Position numbers and translations under genes: made by a program. The notes beneath the pieces are model-generated. The model ran no database searches and was not told the DNA's origin. It worked only from the letters and a program-made list of their open reading frames with translations. Positions 1 through 10,586 of a stretch of 64,000 nucleotides of DNA are shown here, in pieces (the stretch's first letter is position 1; each line of letters starts with the position of its first letter). Source of the DNA: Oscillospiraceae bacterium (GTDB taxonomy: Bacteria; Bacillota; Clostridia; Oscillospirales; Acutalibacteraceae); contig JAVBNH010000006.1 in NCBI GenBank assembly GCA_031551635.1, positions 11,208 to 75,207 on the forward strand. The letters run 5' to 3'.

Positions 1-602
1 GCAACCCGTTTGCAAAGCCTCTGCACCTCGCTGAGAATGTGTGAGGACATTAAAACAGTGGCTCCGCGCTTGTTTTCCTGCTCAATTAGCTCAAAGAATG
101 TCTGCTGCATCAATGGGTCAAGCCCGCTGGTCGGCTCGTCTAGGATAATTAAATCCGGCTCATGCAGCAGCCCTTGAACTATGCCGACTTTCTTCTTATT
201 TCCAAATGAAAGGTCGTCGATTTTACGGTTTAAATCGAGCTCCATACATTCCGCAAGCTCTTTTATCCGCTTTGTGCAGTCCTTTTTATAGAAGCTCGCA
301 GAATAATTTAGCAGCTCACGCACCTTCATATTGTCGTAATAAAATACTTCTGAAGGCAGATATCCGATTCTCCGGGCGATTTTCGGCGCGTCCTTGATGC
401 AGTCCATACCGAAAATTTTCGCGCTTCCGCTGTTTGGGTAAATCAATGCGAGCATGGTTCTGATTGTCGTTGACTTCCCCGCGCCGTTTGGACCGATGAA
501 GCCGAAAATTTCACCCTCCGCGACATCAAAGCTGACATCCTCAATGCCCCTCGCCTTGCCATAAAATTTGGTAAGCTTGCTGATTTCGATTGCCTTACCC
601 AT
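1..602 (-). CDS. ABC transporter ATP-binding protein (N-terminal ~200 aa; gene continues beyond window start)
   Basis: Own translation from ATG at 602: MGKAIEISKLTKFYGKARGIEDVSFDVAEGEIFGFIGPNGAGKSTT... It has Walker A GPNGAGKST, signature LSFGNKKK and Walker B LIILDEPTSGLD. It is absent from the ORF track because there is no stop in the window. Confidence 0.9.
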   Translation of the reverse strand, partial: MGKAIEISKLTKFYGKARGIEDVSFDVAEGEIFGFIGPNGAGKSTTIRTMLALIYPNSGSAKIFGMDCIKDAPKIARRIGYLPSEVFYYDNMKVRELLNYSASFYKKDCTKRIKELAECMELDLNRKIDDLSFGNKKKVGIVQGLLHEPDLIILDEPTSGLDPLMQQTFFELIEQENKRGATVLMSSHILSEVQRLCKRV

Positions 603-623
603 AAAATCACCTTTCAAAATTTA

Positions 624-1319
624 TTATTTATAAAATAATTTTTTTAATATCTCCATATAGGTGTTATATTCCCGTGTCCAGTCATTTATTTTATCAAAAG
701 TATCGCTCTGCGACTCCAGCTGCATTATAATTTTTGAGGAAAAGCCGTCAATGACCCAGCGGATAATATTCATCACATGCTCCGGGTCGAATTCGTCCTT
801 GAAATAACTGTAATCAAGCAGTGGAAAAAGCTGAGAGAGTAAATCCTCCCTGAGTGAGTCAGCATCTTCATGTATCAGCTTTTGTAACTCCGCGTCGTTT
901 TCCTTTACATATATATTCACAAAAAAATTATACATATCCGGATGAACATTCAGAATTTCAATTTTTGTTTTTGTCAGGCTTATCAGTACGCCAATTGGGT
1001 CATTGTATGACATCGCCTTATCGTCGGTTTCTTTTTGCTCTTCATTTTCACACTGAGGGAGCGTAGTCAGGCACCTCTTATATTCCGTTTCCATATATGT
1101 TTTAACATACCTGTATAAATACAGAAACAGATCCTTTTTTGTGCCGAAATAGTGAAATAACGCACCCTTTGAAATTCCCGCGTCGGCAGCTATTTTATCG
1201 GTCGATGCGTTTTTAAAATGCTTCAGGGAAAATTCTTTCATACCGGCATTCAGAATTTTTTGTTTCTTTTCATTGCTCAGCATTTCGAATTTAGAATATA
1301 TATTACCGCCTCCAATCAT
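624..1319 (-). CDS. TetR/AcrR family transcriptional regulator
   Basis: ORF track, 231 aa. HTH KIAADAGISKGALFHYFGTKKDLF. Ends 21 bp upstream of the ABC ATPase start. The true start may be the internal Met (MLSNEKK). Confidence 0.85.
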   Translation of the reverse strand: MIGGGNIYSKFEMLSNEKKQKILNAGMKEFSLKHFKNASTDKIAADAGISKGALFHYFGTKKDLFLYLYRYVKTYMETEYKRCLTTLPQCENEEQKETDDKAMSYNDPIGVLISLTKTKIEILNVHPDMYNFFVNIYVKENDAELQKLIHEDADSLREDLLSQLFPLLDYSYFKDEFDPEHVMNIIRWVIDGFSSKIIMQLESQSDTFDKINDWTREYNTYMEILKKLFYK

Positions 1320-1320
1320 A

Positions 1321-1341
1321 TTGACTGACCCGGTCAGTCAA
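1321..1341. promoter_or_regulatory. candidate TetR operator: perfect 9-bp inverted repeat TTGACTGAC-CCG-GTCAGTCAA
   Basis: Seen directly. Located between the predicted -10 and the tetR ORF start. Confidence 0.5.
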
Positions 1342-1342
1342 T

Positions 1343-1371
1343 ATGATAACATTTATAAAATACATTGTCAA
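1343..1371 (-). promoter_or_regulatory. sigma-A-type promoter for tetR-ABC operon
   Basis: On the minus strand: TTGACA (1366..1371), 17-nt spacer, TATCAT (1343..1348). Confidence 0.5.
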
Positions 1372-1400
1372 GAGTAAAAACAAAAATATCGCTATTATTT

Positions 1401-1476
1401 TAGTACCTTAGTGGGCTGAAAGCTCAATAAAAACACGACTTGGGTTGTGGGCTTGGCAAGCCAAGCCCACGTTAGT
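1401..1476 (-). repeat. ~75-bp palindromic intergenic element, copy 1
   Basis: The reverse complement matches the consensus CTAACGTGGGCTTGGCTTGCCAAGCCCACAACCCAAGTCGTGTTTTTTATTGAGCTTTCAGCCCACTAAGGTACTAA. Confidence 0.9.
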
Positions 1477-1496
1477 TAAAATATTAATTGATGAAC

Positions 1497-1531
1497 AAAG
1501 CTGCCGGCTTAATAAACCGACAGCTCTTTTT
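1497..1531. terminator. hairpin + T-run downstream of PAP2 gene
   Basis: AGCTGCCGG / CCGACAGCT (one mismatch), with CTTTTTA on plus and TTTGTT on minus. Confidence 0.4.
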
Positions 1532-1568
1532 ATATTTACAATTCTACAATAATTATCGTCCGCGTAGC

Positions 1569-2414
1569 TTATCCGATTTTCTTTTCGAGATAAAATTTTC
1601 TCACACAGAAATACCATGCGAAGCCGACGAGAGCGCCGACGGTGATGTCTGAGAGAAAATGCGCGCCGAGAACCATTCGTGAGAGTCCAACGGCAAAGGT
1701 ATAAATGACCGAGCAGATGAAAATACGAACTTCGTATTTTTTTAGCTGTTCAAATACCGCCGGCAGAGCGCTCAGCAGCATTGAAGCGGCGGCGGCTCCT
1801 GTGTGACCGGAGGGGAAGGACTTGTTGTCGCCGTTCCACTGAGGAAGATACCATGCTGTAAAACGAGCAAAGTCATTGTCATCCTTTAATAAATCCCTGA
1901 ACCTGACGCGTCCCCACAAATTTTTCATAAGCTCGACAGTGAGCGTCGTGCCGATACCGGCAATCATAATAAAAAACGCAAAGGGACGCAGCTTTTTCAT
2001 TATATCAAGAGGAATATGCTTTGCAATAAGAAGGGTAACCGGGCAGAAAATAATGCCGAAAATATAGGTGTAAATATCTTTAAAATCGTCCTTTATAAAC
2101 CAGTAGCCGCCGAATTGAGTGCTGAGCACAATGCAGCCGAAAAGGCTGTATACAACTATCAGCACCATCTTGAGCGTAGAGAGCAAGTTGCCGTCCCTTT
2201 TTCTGGTGGCGAAAAGAACCATCGCCGAAAATGGCATAACAAGATATACCGGAAGCTCGCCTGTGCGCTCAAAAAACTTTCCGAAAGGATTTTCCGGACC
2301 GTTTATAAAACGGTCGATTTTCAAGTCCCATATAGCGGAGCAGATAAGCAGAACAACGCAGCTCGCAAGAAATGCGATGTAATACCCCTTAAGATTGTTC
2401 GTTTTTGTCTTCAT
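1569..2414 (-). CDS. PAP2 family phosphatase, membrane protein
   Basis: 281 aa with multiple TM segments. PAP2 motifs PSGH and SRMVLGAHFLSD. Confidence 0.8.
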   Translation of the reverse strand: MKTKTNNLKGYYIAFLASCVVLLICSAIWDLKIDRFINGPENPFGKFFERTGELPVYLVMPFSAMVLFATRKRDGNLLSTLKMVLIVVYSLFGCIVLSTQFGGYWFIKDDFKDIYTYIFGIIFCPVTLLIAKHIPLDIMKKLRPFAFFIMIAGIGTTLTVELMKNLWGRVRFRDLLKDDNDFARFTAWYLPQWNGDNKSFPSGHTGAAAASMLLSALPAVFEQLKKYEVRIFICSVIYTFAVGLSRMVLGAHFLSDITVGALVGFAWYFCVRKFYLEKKIG

Positions 2415-2939
2415 TAAAAGACCTCCTTTTTAATGCTTTGATTCTATCATATATAAGAGTAGAAGTCAAACGTTAAAAATATGCATATTTATTCATTTTG
2501 AGGTATTTTTATTCTTGTATATACTATGAGTTAATACACTTTTATTCTCTTTCGGCCATAAATCACGCTTTAGTATGCGATAAGTATCGAAAAACGTCGT
2601 GTAAAGTTTTTGCCTTCACAATGTTGATAACCATGTTGAAGATGTTAATATCTTCGAGGCTATTATCCCTTAATGGAATAATAACCTAAATTTTATGTAA
2701 AGGTATACTCTTTACTTTACCTTTTTTTACCATTTACTCTCATTTTTTGCCATGAATATACAGTGCGAATATACATTTTATTTTTCTCAATTATAACTTT
2801 ATTTTGCACGAGCTCTATGCCAATTGTTAATATATATTCATTAATAAAGCATAATATGTACAGGCTGTTTTTTAAATACTTTACACCTCTAAAAAAAAAT
2901 GTTATGATAAAGAAAAAATCTATTAGGTCAGGTTGTAAT

Positions 2940-3902
2940 ATGAAGAGCTTTGAAATTAAAGAAAACGAGGCAGGTCAACGTCTGGACAAATTTTTGACCA
3001 AGAGTGTTCCCCTGCTTCCGCAGTCGCTTTTATACAAATCAATTCGCCTTAAAAGAATTAAAATCAACGGGAAAAGGGCTGAAATCTCTACAAAATTGCA
3101 AATTGGTGACAAAATTGACCTGTATTTAGGGGAAGAGTTCTTCGTCCCAAGTACGATAAAATACCACTTTTTAAGAGCAAATACCACAATAGATGTCATT
3201 TATGAGGATAAAAACATCATTTTGATAAATAAACCTGTCGGTCTTTTATCCCATCCTGAGGAGGGCGAGTATATTGACACGCTTATTACACGCGTTAAGC
3301 ACTATCTTTATAAAAAAGGTGAATATGACCCTGAGAGCAATCTCAGCTTTGCACCCGCTCTCGCGAACAGGATAGATCGTAACACATCCGGCATCGTTAT
3401 CACTGCAAAGAATGCCGAAGCTCTGCGTATCCTGAATGAAAAAATAAAAGACCGCGAGCTGACAAAGCTTTACCTTTGTGTCGCTCACGGAAGAATGCCG
3501 AAAAAAACCGATGTACTCGGCGGTTATCTCTATAAGGATGAAGAAAAAAATAAGGTTTTTATCCACGAGAAGCAAAGCCATGACAGCAAGGAAATCCGAA
3601 CAAGATATACAGTGCTTGAAGAAAAAAACGAGCTCTCTCTGCTTGAGGTGGAGCTGCTGACAGGCAGAACCCACCAGATTCGCGCGCATCTCGCGTCAAT
3701 CTCACACCCCCTGCTCGGCGACGGAAAATACGGTACAAACGCCCAAAACAAAAAATGGGGCTATAAAAAGCAATTTTTATGCTCCTACAAACTCATTTTC
3801 AGTTTTACGACAGACGCGGGAATCTTGAATTACCTTCAGGGAAAAGAATTTGAAGTAGAAAAAGTATGGTTCAAGGAAGCCTTCCAAAAAGGCGAACTTT
3901 AA
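2940..3902 (+). CDS. RluA-family 23S rRNA pseudouridine synthase (S4 domain + catalytic domain)
   Basis: Motifs RIDRNTSGIVI and HQIRAHLA, with an S4-like N-terminus starting MKSFEIKENEAGQRLDKFL. The ORF-track start at 2763 is an AT-rich N-terminal over-extension. Confidence 0.85.
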   Translation: MKSFEIKENEAGQRLDKFLTKSVPLLPQSLLYKSIRLKRIKINGKRAEISTKLQIGDKIDLYLGEEFFVPSTIKYHFLRANTTIDVIYEDKNIILINKPVGLLSHPEEGEYIDTLITRVKHYLYKKGEYDPESNLSFAPALANRIDRNTSGIVITAKNAEALRILNEKIKDRELTKLYLCVAHGRMPKKTDVLGGYLYKDEEKNKVFIHEKQSHDSKEIRTRYTVLEEKNELSLLEVELLTGRTHQIRAHLASISHPLLGDGKYGTNAQNKKWGYKKQFLCSYKLIFSFTTDAGILNYLQGKEFEVEKVWFKEAFQKGEL

Positions 3903-3954
3903 GCACACTTAATCCTACTTCAAGCGATTTTATATTCAAAAGACATAACAAATA

Positions 3955-5967
<2,013 letters not shown>

Positions 5968-6657
5968 TCATTCATTGTTAATGCTTATATCCGGTTCCTT
6001 TGAGGCAAAATACTCCGGAACATGACCTACTATTATTGTCTCAGCAATGGTTATATGGCTGAGCACCTCAGCCGAGGTCGTACCAGCCGACATCAGCACA
6101 AAAATATTGGTTTTTATTGCCAGATTAATCTGGTGCCGTGTCTGGTTTATGCCCGCGCTCTCAAAAACATTCTCAATTGTCGAGGTTGTATTGCCCGAAA
6201 GTGAAACACTGATGTTTATAATCGGACCCCAATTGCTGAAAAAGTCTATATTTGTAAAATTTCCAAGCGGCATTGCTATCACATAAGAATCAATTTGTGC
6301 GATTCGCTCGGAAATCTTGTCGCTGATTGCCGACTGCAGCCTGTTCATGGCTATACTGTCCGTTTTTATCGCCGAAACCATGTTGCTGGTATCGTACTCA
6401 AGGCGAACCAAATCGTCATATTTGACATTATTATCGGTAATAACCTCTATCACTGCCTTGTTGATAACACTCGTCGAGATGTTTTTTGCCCTGCTTCCGG
6501 CAATAGTATTGAGCTGAGATTGGATTTTCGCGTCCGCAACGACAATAACAGTCGATGAAAGCAATAAAACCGCCAATAAAATAAATAAAATCGGGCTTAA
6601 AAAGCTCCTTCGTCTCCTGAAACCTCTTCGGCGCATAAAACCGGCTCCCCGCTGCAT
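5968..6657 (-). CDS. yunB: sporulation protein YunB
   Basis: 229 aa with an N-terminal TM. Conserved YunB-type segments AGINQTRHQI and IAETIIVGHVPEYF. Confidence 0.7.
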   Translation of the reverse strand: MQRGAGFMRRRGFRRRRSFLSPILFILLAVLLLSSTVIVVADAKIQSQLNTIAGSRAKNISTSVINKAVIEVITDNNVKYDDLVRLEYDTSNMVSAIKTDSIAMNRLQSAISDKISERIAQIDSYVIAMPLGNFTNIDFFSNWGPIINISVSLSGNTTSTIENVFESAGINQTRHQINLAIKTNIFVLMSAGTTSAEVLSHITIAETIIVGHVPEYFASKEPDISINNE

Positions 6658-6664
6658 TAATATT

Positions 6665-6730
6665 TAACATGGCTTGGCTTGCCAAGCCCACAACCCCAGT
6701 CGTGTTTTTATTGAGCATTCAGCCCAATAA
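6665..6730 (+). repeat. ~75-bp palindromic intergenic element, copy 2 (5' arm degenerate)
   Basis: taacatggcttggcttgccaagcccacaaccccagtcgtgtttttattgagcattcagcccaataa. Confidence 0.85.
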
Positions 6731-6790
6731 TATACTATATAAATATATGCGGCGAAAAGCCTTTTTTGCTAACTATTTATCACACCGGCG

Positions 6791-8512
6791 TTATATAGCA
6801 TTAATTCGGAAAACGCAGACACCGTGAGATGGAATTATTGTGCTTATTGAATTAGTTATCTCAAATTTTTCTCCGTTCCATAGGTTTTGAACGTTATATT
6901 TTTCAGCCTTAGGAAGGTCTATCCAAGCTTCGTTTAAAATGCTTTCCATGGTAATTTCAGCTGATTTCTCACTGCCGCTCCTGTTAAAAAAGCATATCGC
7001 TAGCTCATTATTTACAAGGGGTTTTGCGAGAATATCCACCTGACCTTTTCGTATTTTTCTGCCTTGAATACCCCTCGCGTCCTGATTAACGGCTATAAGT
7101 TCCTTATTAGTAAGAATCTTCAGAATTTTATTATCAAAATCAACATTTCCGTCCTTGTCAACAAACTGCCTGACGTCATTTCCGAGAATCAGAGGAGCCG
7201 ATAGCATACACCAGAGCGAAAAATGAGAAACATTTTCGTCGTAACTCAGCTCACCGTTACCGACTTCAAGCATGTCAGGGTCATTCCAGCCGCCGATGCA
7301 CTGGTGCTCATAAAGCTTTGCCGTCCAGTCATAAATTTTGACTATCCACAGCCAATTTGTAGTGATGTCAGGGGTGACCCGCCAGAGATTTCCGGCACTC
7401 GCGCCCCATTTCCATGAAAAATTTGTTCCCCATTCGCAAATGGAATAAACTATAGGTTTAACGGGCGTATTTGTCTTTTCGGCATATTCAATTGCTGCGC
7501 GTTTGAGTTCCCTACCCATGTTGGTATATTGCTTAGCAGCTCCGTCAAAGCGTGAACCTATCGGATTGTTTATCATCAGGGAATTTTTTCCTTTTTTTAG
7601 CTTTACGGTTATCTGATGCCGTCCCTCATGGGTGACGCCCTTGGTGGAAGGAATAAGTGTCGGATATACATCTGTTCCGTTTATTGTGATTTCGCAATAT
7701 TTTTCCCAAAGCCCGAATTTGTGAAGTCCCAGAGTGATTATATATTCGCCTTCCTCTTCAATTTCAATATCCTGAATAATTATTTTTCCGCCATTCGCCG
7801 AGAGACCGCGGACATACTTTCCGCTCCCAAGTTTTTTATCCTGTGCAATCCTGGCTCCTCCTCTTAGCTCCCCATTTTCCGCCTCAAGTACGATAATATC
7901 GCCTTTATTTTGGCTTCCGATATAGATTTTATCAATCTCCGGAGCAGCGGTTGGAGTCGGATCATTATGGCAAAAATCATATTTGAAATATTCGATTCCC
8001 CACTCGGCAAAGGTATCAGCATCAAGAGCTTCATTTCCCAGTGAGGCGGGCATATCCTCACATGTGAGATAGCCGTTAGAGGAATAAATACCCACCTTCA
8101 AGCCCTTTTCATTCATTTTTCCGACAAGGTTTTTTATACCTGAGGGGAAAGTAGTCAAATCCGCTTGCAGTCTGCCCTCACTGTCACGCAAGGAGGACTG
8201 CCAGCAATCGTCAATATTCACATAATTGTATCCCGCATCCTTAAGTCCTGTTTTCACCATCGCGTCGCCGATTTCAAGAATCAGATTCTCAGAAACTCTG
8301 TGCCTTATGGTGTTCCAGCTTGACCAGCCCATTGGAGGTGTGAGCGCGACGCCGTTATTATAATTCGCATCGGCGAATTTATTAACTTTCACCGCGCTGA
8401 TTGCCCGTTTCGCGACACAGACCGGGCATATATTTTTTTTCTTTATTACAGCCCCGGCAGCCCCTATAATAGCCGCTGCGGCAACAATTTTTGTTTTTTG
8501 CAAAATAATCAT
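6791..8512 (-). CDS. GH27 alpha-galactosidase with N-terminal membrane anchor and an inserted CBM-like domain
   Basis: PPMGWSSWN, NIDDCW, FKYDFC, YSICEWG and GGWNDPDMLEVGN. About 130 extra residues lie between FKYDFC and CEWG. Confidence 0.85.
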   Translation of the reverse strand: MIILQKTKIVAAAAIIGAAGAVIKKKNICPVCVAKRAISAVKVNKFADANYNNGVALTPPMGWSSWNTIRHRVSENLILEIGDAMVKTGLKDAGYNYVNIDDCWQSSLRDSEGRLQADLTTFPSGIKNLVGKMNEKGLKVGIYSSNGYLTCEDMPASLGNEALDADTFAEWGIEYFKYDFCHNDPTPTAAPEIDKIYIGSQNKGDIIVLEAENGELRGGARIAQDKKLGSGKYVRGLSANGGKIIIQDIEIEEEGEYIITLGLHKFGLWEKYCEITINGTDVYPTLIPSTKGVTHEGRHQITVKLKKGKNSLMINNPIGSRFDGAAKQYTNMGRELKRAAIEYAEKTNTPVKPIVYSICEWGTNFSWKWGASAGNLWRVTPDITTNWLWIVKIYDWTAKLYEHQCIGGWNDPDMLEVGNGELSYDENVSHFSLWCMLSAPLILGNDVRQFVDKDGNVDFDNKILKILTNKELIAVNQDARGIQGRKIRKGQVDILAKPLVNNELAICFFNRSGSEKSAEITMESILNEAWIDLPKAEKYNVQNLWNGEKFEITNSISTIIPSHGVCVFRINAI

Positions 8513-8540
8513 CCTTTCTATTTATGAAAAATTCCGATAA

Positions 8541-8585
8541 AAGAAAAAACCCGACAAACAGCAGTGCGGTTTGCGCGGGTTTTTA
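8541..8585 (-). terminator. rho-independent terminator after clpX
   Basis: Minus-sense AACCCGCGCAAAC...GTTTGTCGGGTT followed by TTTTTTCTTTT. Confidence 0.75.
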
Positions 8586-8591
8586 TTATTA

Positions 8592-9869
8592 TCAGCTTGC
8601 GACAACATCCTTGCTGTACTTGTTATATTCGATTCTTTTATCGCCATATTCATTGACATATCTAGCGTTAATACAGATTTCGCTGACCGAATTATCCGAC
8701 GGAATGGAGTACATAATCGGCATCAGCAATCTTTCCATTATAGCGCGAAGCCCTCTGGCGCCGGTGCTTTTTTCGAGCGCAAGCTCTGCAATAGCGTAAA
8801 GCGATTCCTCATCAAACTTCAAATCGACCTTATCCATCGCGAAAAGACTCTGGTATTGTTTCACGAGAGAATTTTTCGGCTCGGTTAAAATGCGCACTAG
8901 AGCTTCTTTGTCAAGCTGTTCAAGGGCAGTCATAACCGGTACACGCCCGACAAGCTCCGGAATCAGCCCGTATTTAACCAGATCCTGAGGAACGGCAAGC
9001 GACATCAGAAAACGCTCGTCAAGCTCCGCTTTTTTCTTTATATCCGCACCGAAACCAAGAACGGAATTGCCAAGACGTTTCTCTATAATTTTTTCAATTC
9101 CGTCAAAAGCGCCGCCGCAGATGAACAAAATATTGGTTGTGTCAATTTGCAGTGACTCCTGCTGGGGGTGCTTGCGTCCGCCCTGAGGAGGAACGCTGGC
9201 TACAGTACCCTCAAGGATTTTCAGAAGAGCCTGCTGAACACCTTCGCCGCTGACATCCCTCGTTATCGACGGATTCTCGGATTTTCTAGCGATTTTATCC
9301 AGCTCGTCAATATAAATAATACCCCGCTCCGCGCGCTCTATGTCGTAATCAGTAGCCTGAATCAGCTTCAAAAGAATATTTTCAACATCCTCGCCGACAT
9401 AACCGGCTTCGGTAAGTGTCGTGGCGTCTGCGATAGCAAAGGGAACATCGATAATTTTAGCCATAGTCTGAGCAAGCATTGTCTTTCCCACGCCCGTGGG
9501 ACCCAGAAGAATTACATTGCTCTTCATAATTTCAACATCGTTCTTGCCGCTGTAATAAATCCTCTTATAATGATTGTAAACGGCGACGGCAAGAGTAATC
9601 TTCGCGTCCTCCTGACCGATGACATATTCGTCAAGCTTTTCCTTGATTTCCTGTGGCTTAGGCAGGTCACGCTCAGCAGTGTGCTGGCTGTTTTGACGCT
9701 TTATACTGACCGCATTCGCGTCCTCGTCGATTATCGAGCAGCAGACATCAATGCAGTCATCGCAAATAAAAACATTCGGTCCGGCTATCATTTTGACAAC
9801 CTCGTCCTGAGCCTTACCGCAGAAGGAGCATCGGACATTCTTATCTATGCTGTCATCCATTCGGGACAA
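8592..9869 (-). CDS. clpX: ATP-dependent Clp protease ATP-binding subunit ClpX
   Basis: C4 zinc finger CSFCGK..CDDC and Walker A GPTGVGKT, in tig-clpP-clpX synteny. Confidence 0.97.
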   Translation of the reverse strand: MSRMDDSIDKNVRCSFCGKAQDEVVKMIAGPNVFICDDCIDVCCSIIDEDANAVSIKRQNSQHTAERDLPKPQEIKEKLDEYVIGQEDAKITLAVAVYNHYKRIYYSGKNDVEIMKSNVILLGPTGVGKTMLAQTMAKIIDVPFAIADATTLTEAGYVGEDVENILLKLIQATDYDIERAERGIIYIDELDKIARKSENPSITRDVSGEGVQQALLKILEGTVASVPPQGGRKHPQQESLQIDTTNILFICGGAFDGIEKIIEKRLGNSVLGFGADIKKKAELDERFLMSLAVPQDLVKYGLIPELVGRVPVMTALEQLDKEALVRILTEPKNSLVKQYQSLFAMDKVDLKFDEESLYAIAELALEKSTGARGLRAIMERLLMPIMYSIPSDNSVSEICINARYVNEYGDKRIEYNKYSKDVVAS

Positions 9870-9914
9870 TATTTTTCACTCCAGTGCCGTATTTTTGATT
9901 TTAGACTCTTTTAA

Positions 9915-10499
9915 TTATGCTCTTTTGTCAAGAACCTTGTCAACCAGCCCGTATTCACATGCCTGCTGGGCGGTCATAAAATTATCTCTCTCAGTGTCAA
10001 GAGCAATAGTTTCAAAGGGTTTTCCGGTTCTCTCTGAGAGAATCTGATTTATTTTTTCTCTGGTGCGTAAAATATGGTCAGCAGCGATTTTTATATCAGT
10101 TGCCTGCCCCTGCGCACCGCCTAAGGGCTGATGAATCATAATCTCACTGTTGGGCAAAGCGAGACGCTTGCCCTTTGTGCCCGCTGCGAGAAGGAAGGCT
10201 CCCATACTCGCCGCCATACCCATGCAAATTGTCGAAACATCACATTTGATGTACTGCATAGTGTCAAAAATCGCGAAACCGGCGCTGACTGAACCGCCGG
10301 GACTGTTTATATAAAGGCTTATGTCTCTGTCAGCATCCTGCCCTTCAAGGAAGAGCAGCTGAGCGACGACAAGGCTTGCTGTTACATCGTTGACCTCGTC
10401 GGAGAGAACTATTATTCTGTCATTCAAAAGGCGCGAAAAAATATCATATGCTCTTTCGCCTCTGTTGGTCTGTTCGATAACGGTTGGGACTAACGCCAT
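9915..10499 (-). CDS. clpP: ATP-dependent Clp protease proteolytic subunit
   Basis: 194 aa with [11 protein letters not shown] (active-site Ser) and IMIHQPLGG (His). Confidence 0.97.
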   Translation of the reverse strand: MALVPTVIEQTNRGERAYDIFSRLLNDRIIVLSDEVNDVTASLVVAQLLFLEGQDADRDISLYINSPGGSVSAGFAIFDTMQYIKCDVSTICMGMAASMGAFLLAAGTKGKRLALPNSEIMIHQPLGGAQGQATDIKIAADHILRTREKINQILSERTGKPFETIALDTERDNFMTAQQACEYGLVDKVLDKRA

Positions 10500-10586
10500 A
10501 ACAATACCTCCGTATTTAATACCCTTTTCGGTATCTTTATTTAATTAAGCTTTGGCAAAATATTAATTTTTAAACAGAATTTTTTA

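Noticed and set aside
1408-1617. Short ORFs sharing peptides such as VGLACQAHNPS (1408..1617, 6431..6718, 43755..43940).
   Set aside because: The shared peptide is simply the translation of the ~75-bp palindromic repeat. Similarity between these ORFs ends at the repeat borders, so they are repeat artefacts and not a gene family.
9168-9914. Long plus-strand ORF (248 aa) antisense to clpX. Similar antisense ORFs occur at 20686..21420 (infB), 58789..59559 (kinase), 28868..29488 and 33072..33527.
   Set aside because: Each lies fully inside, and opposite to, a gene with unmistakable conserved motifs. Their translations are low-complexity with no recognisable motifs or SD. They are typical shadow ORFs.
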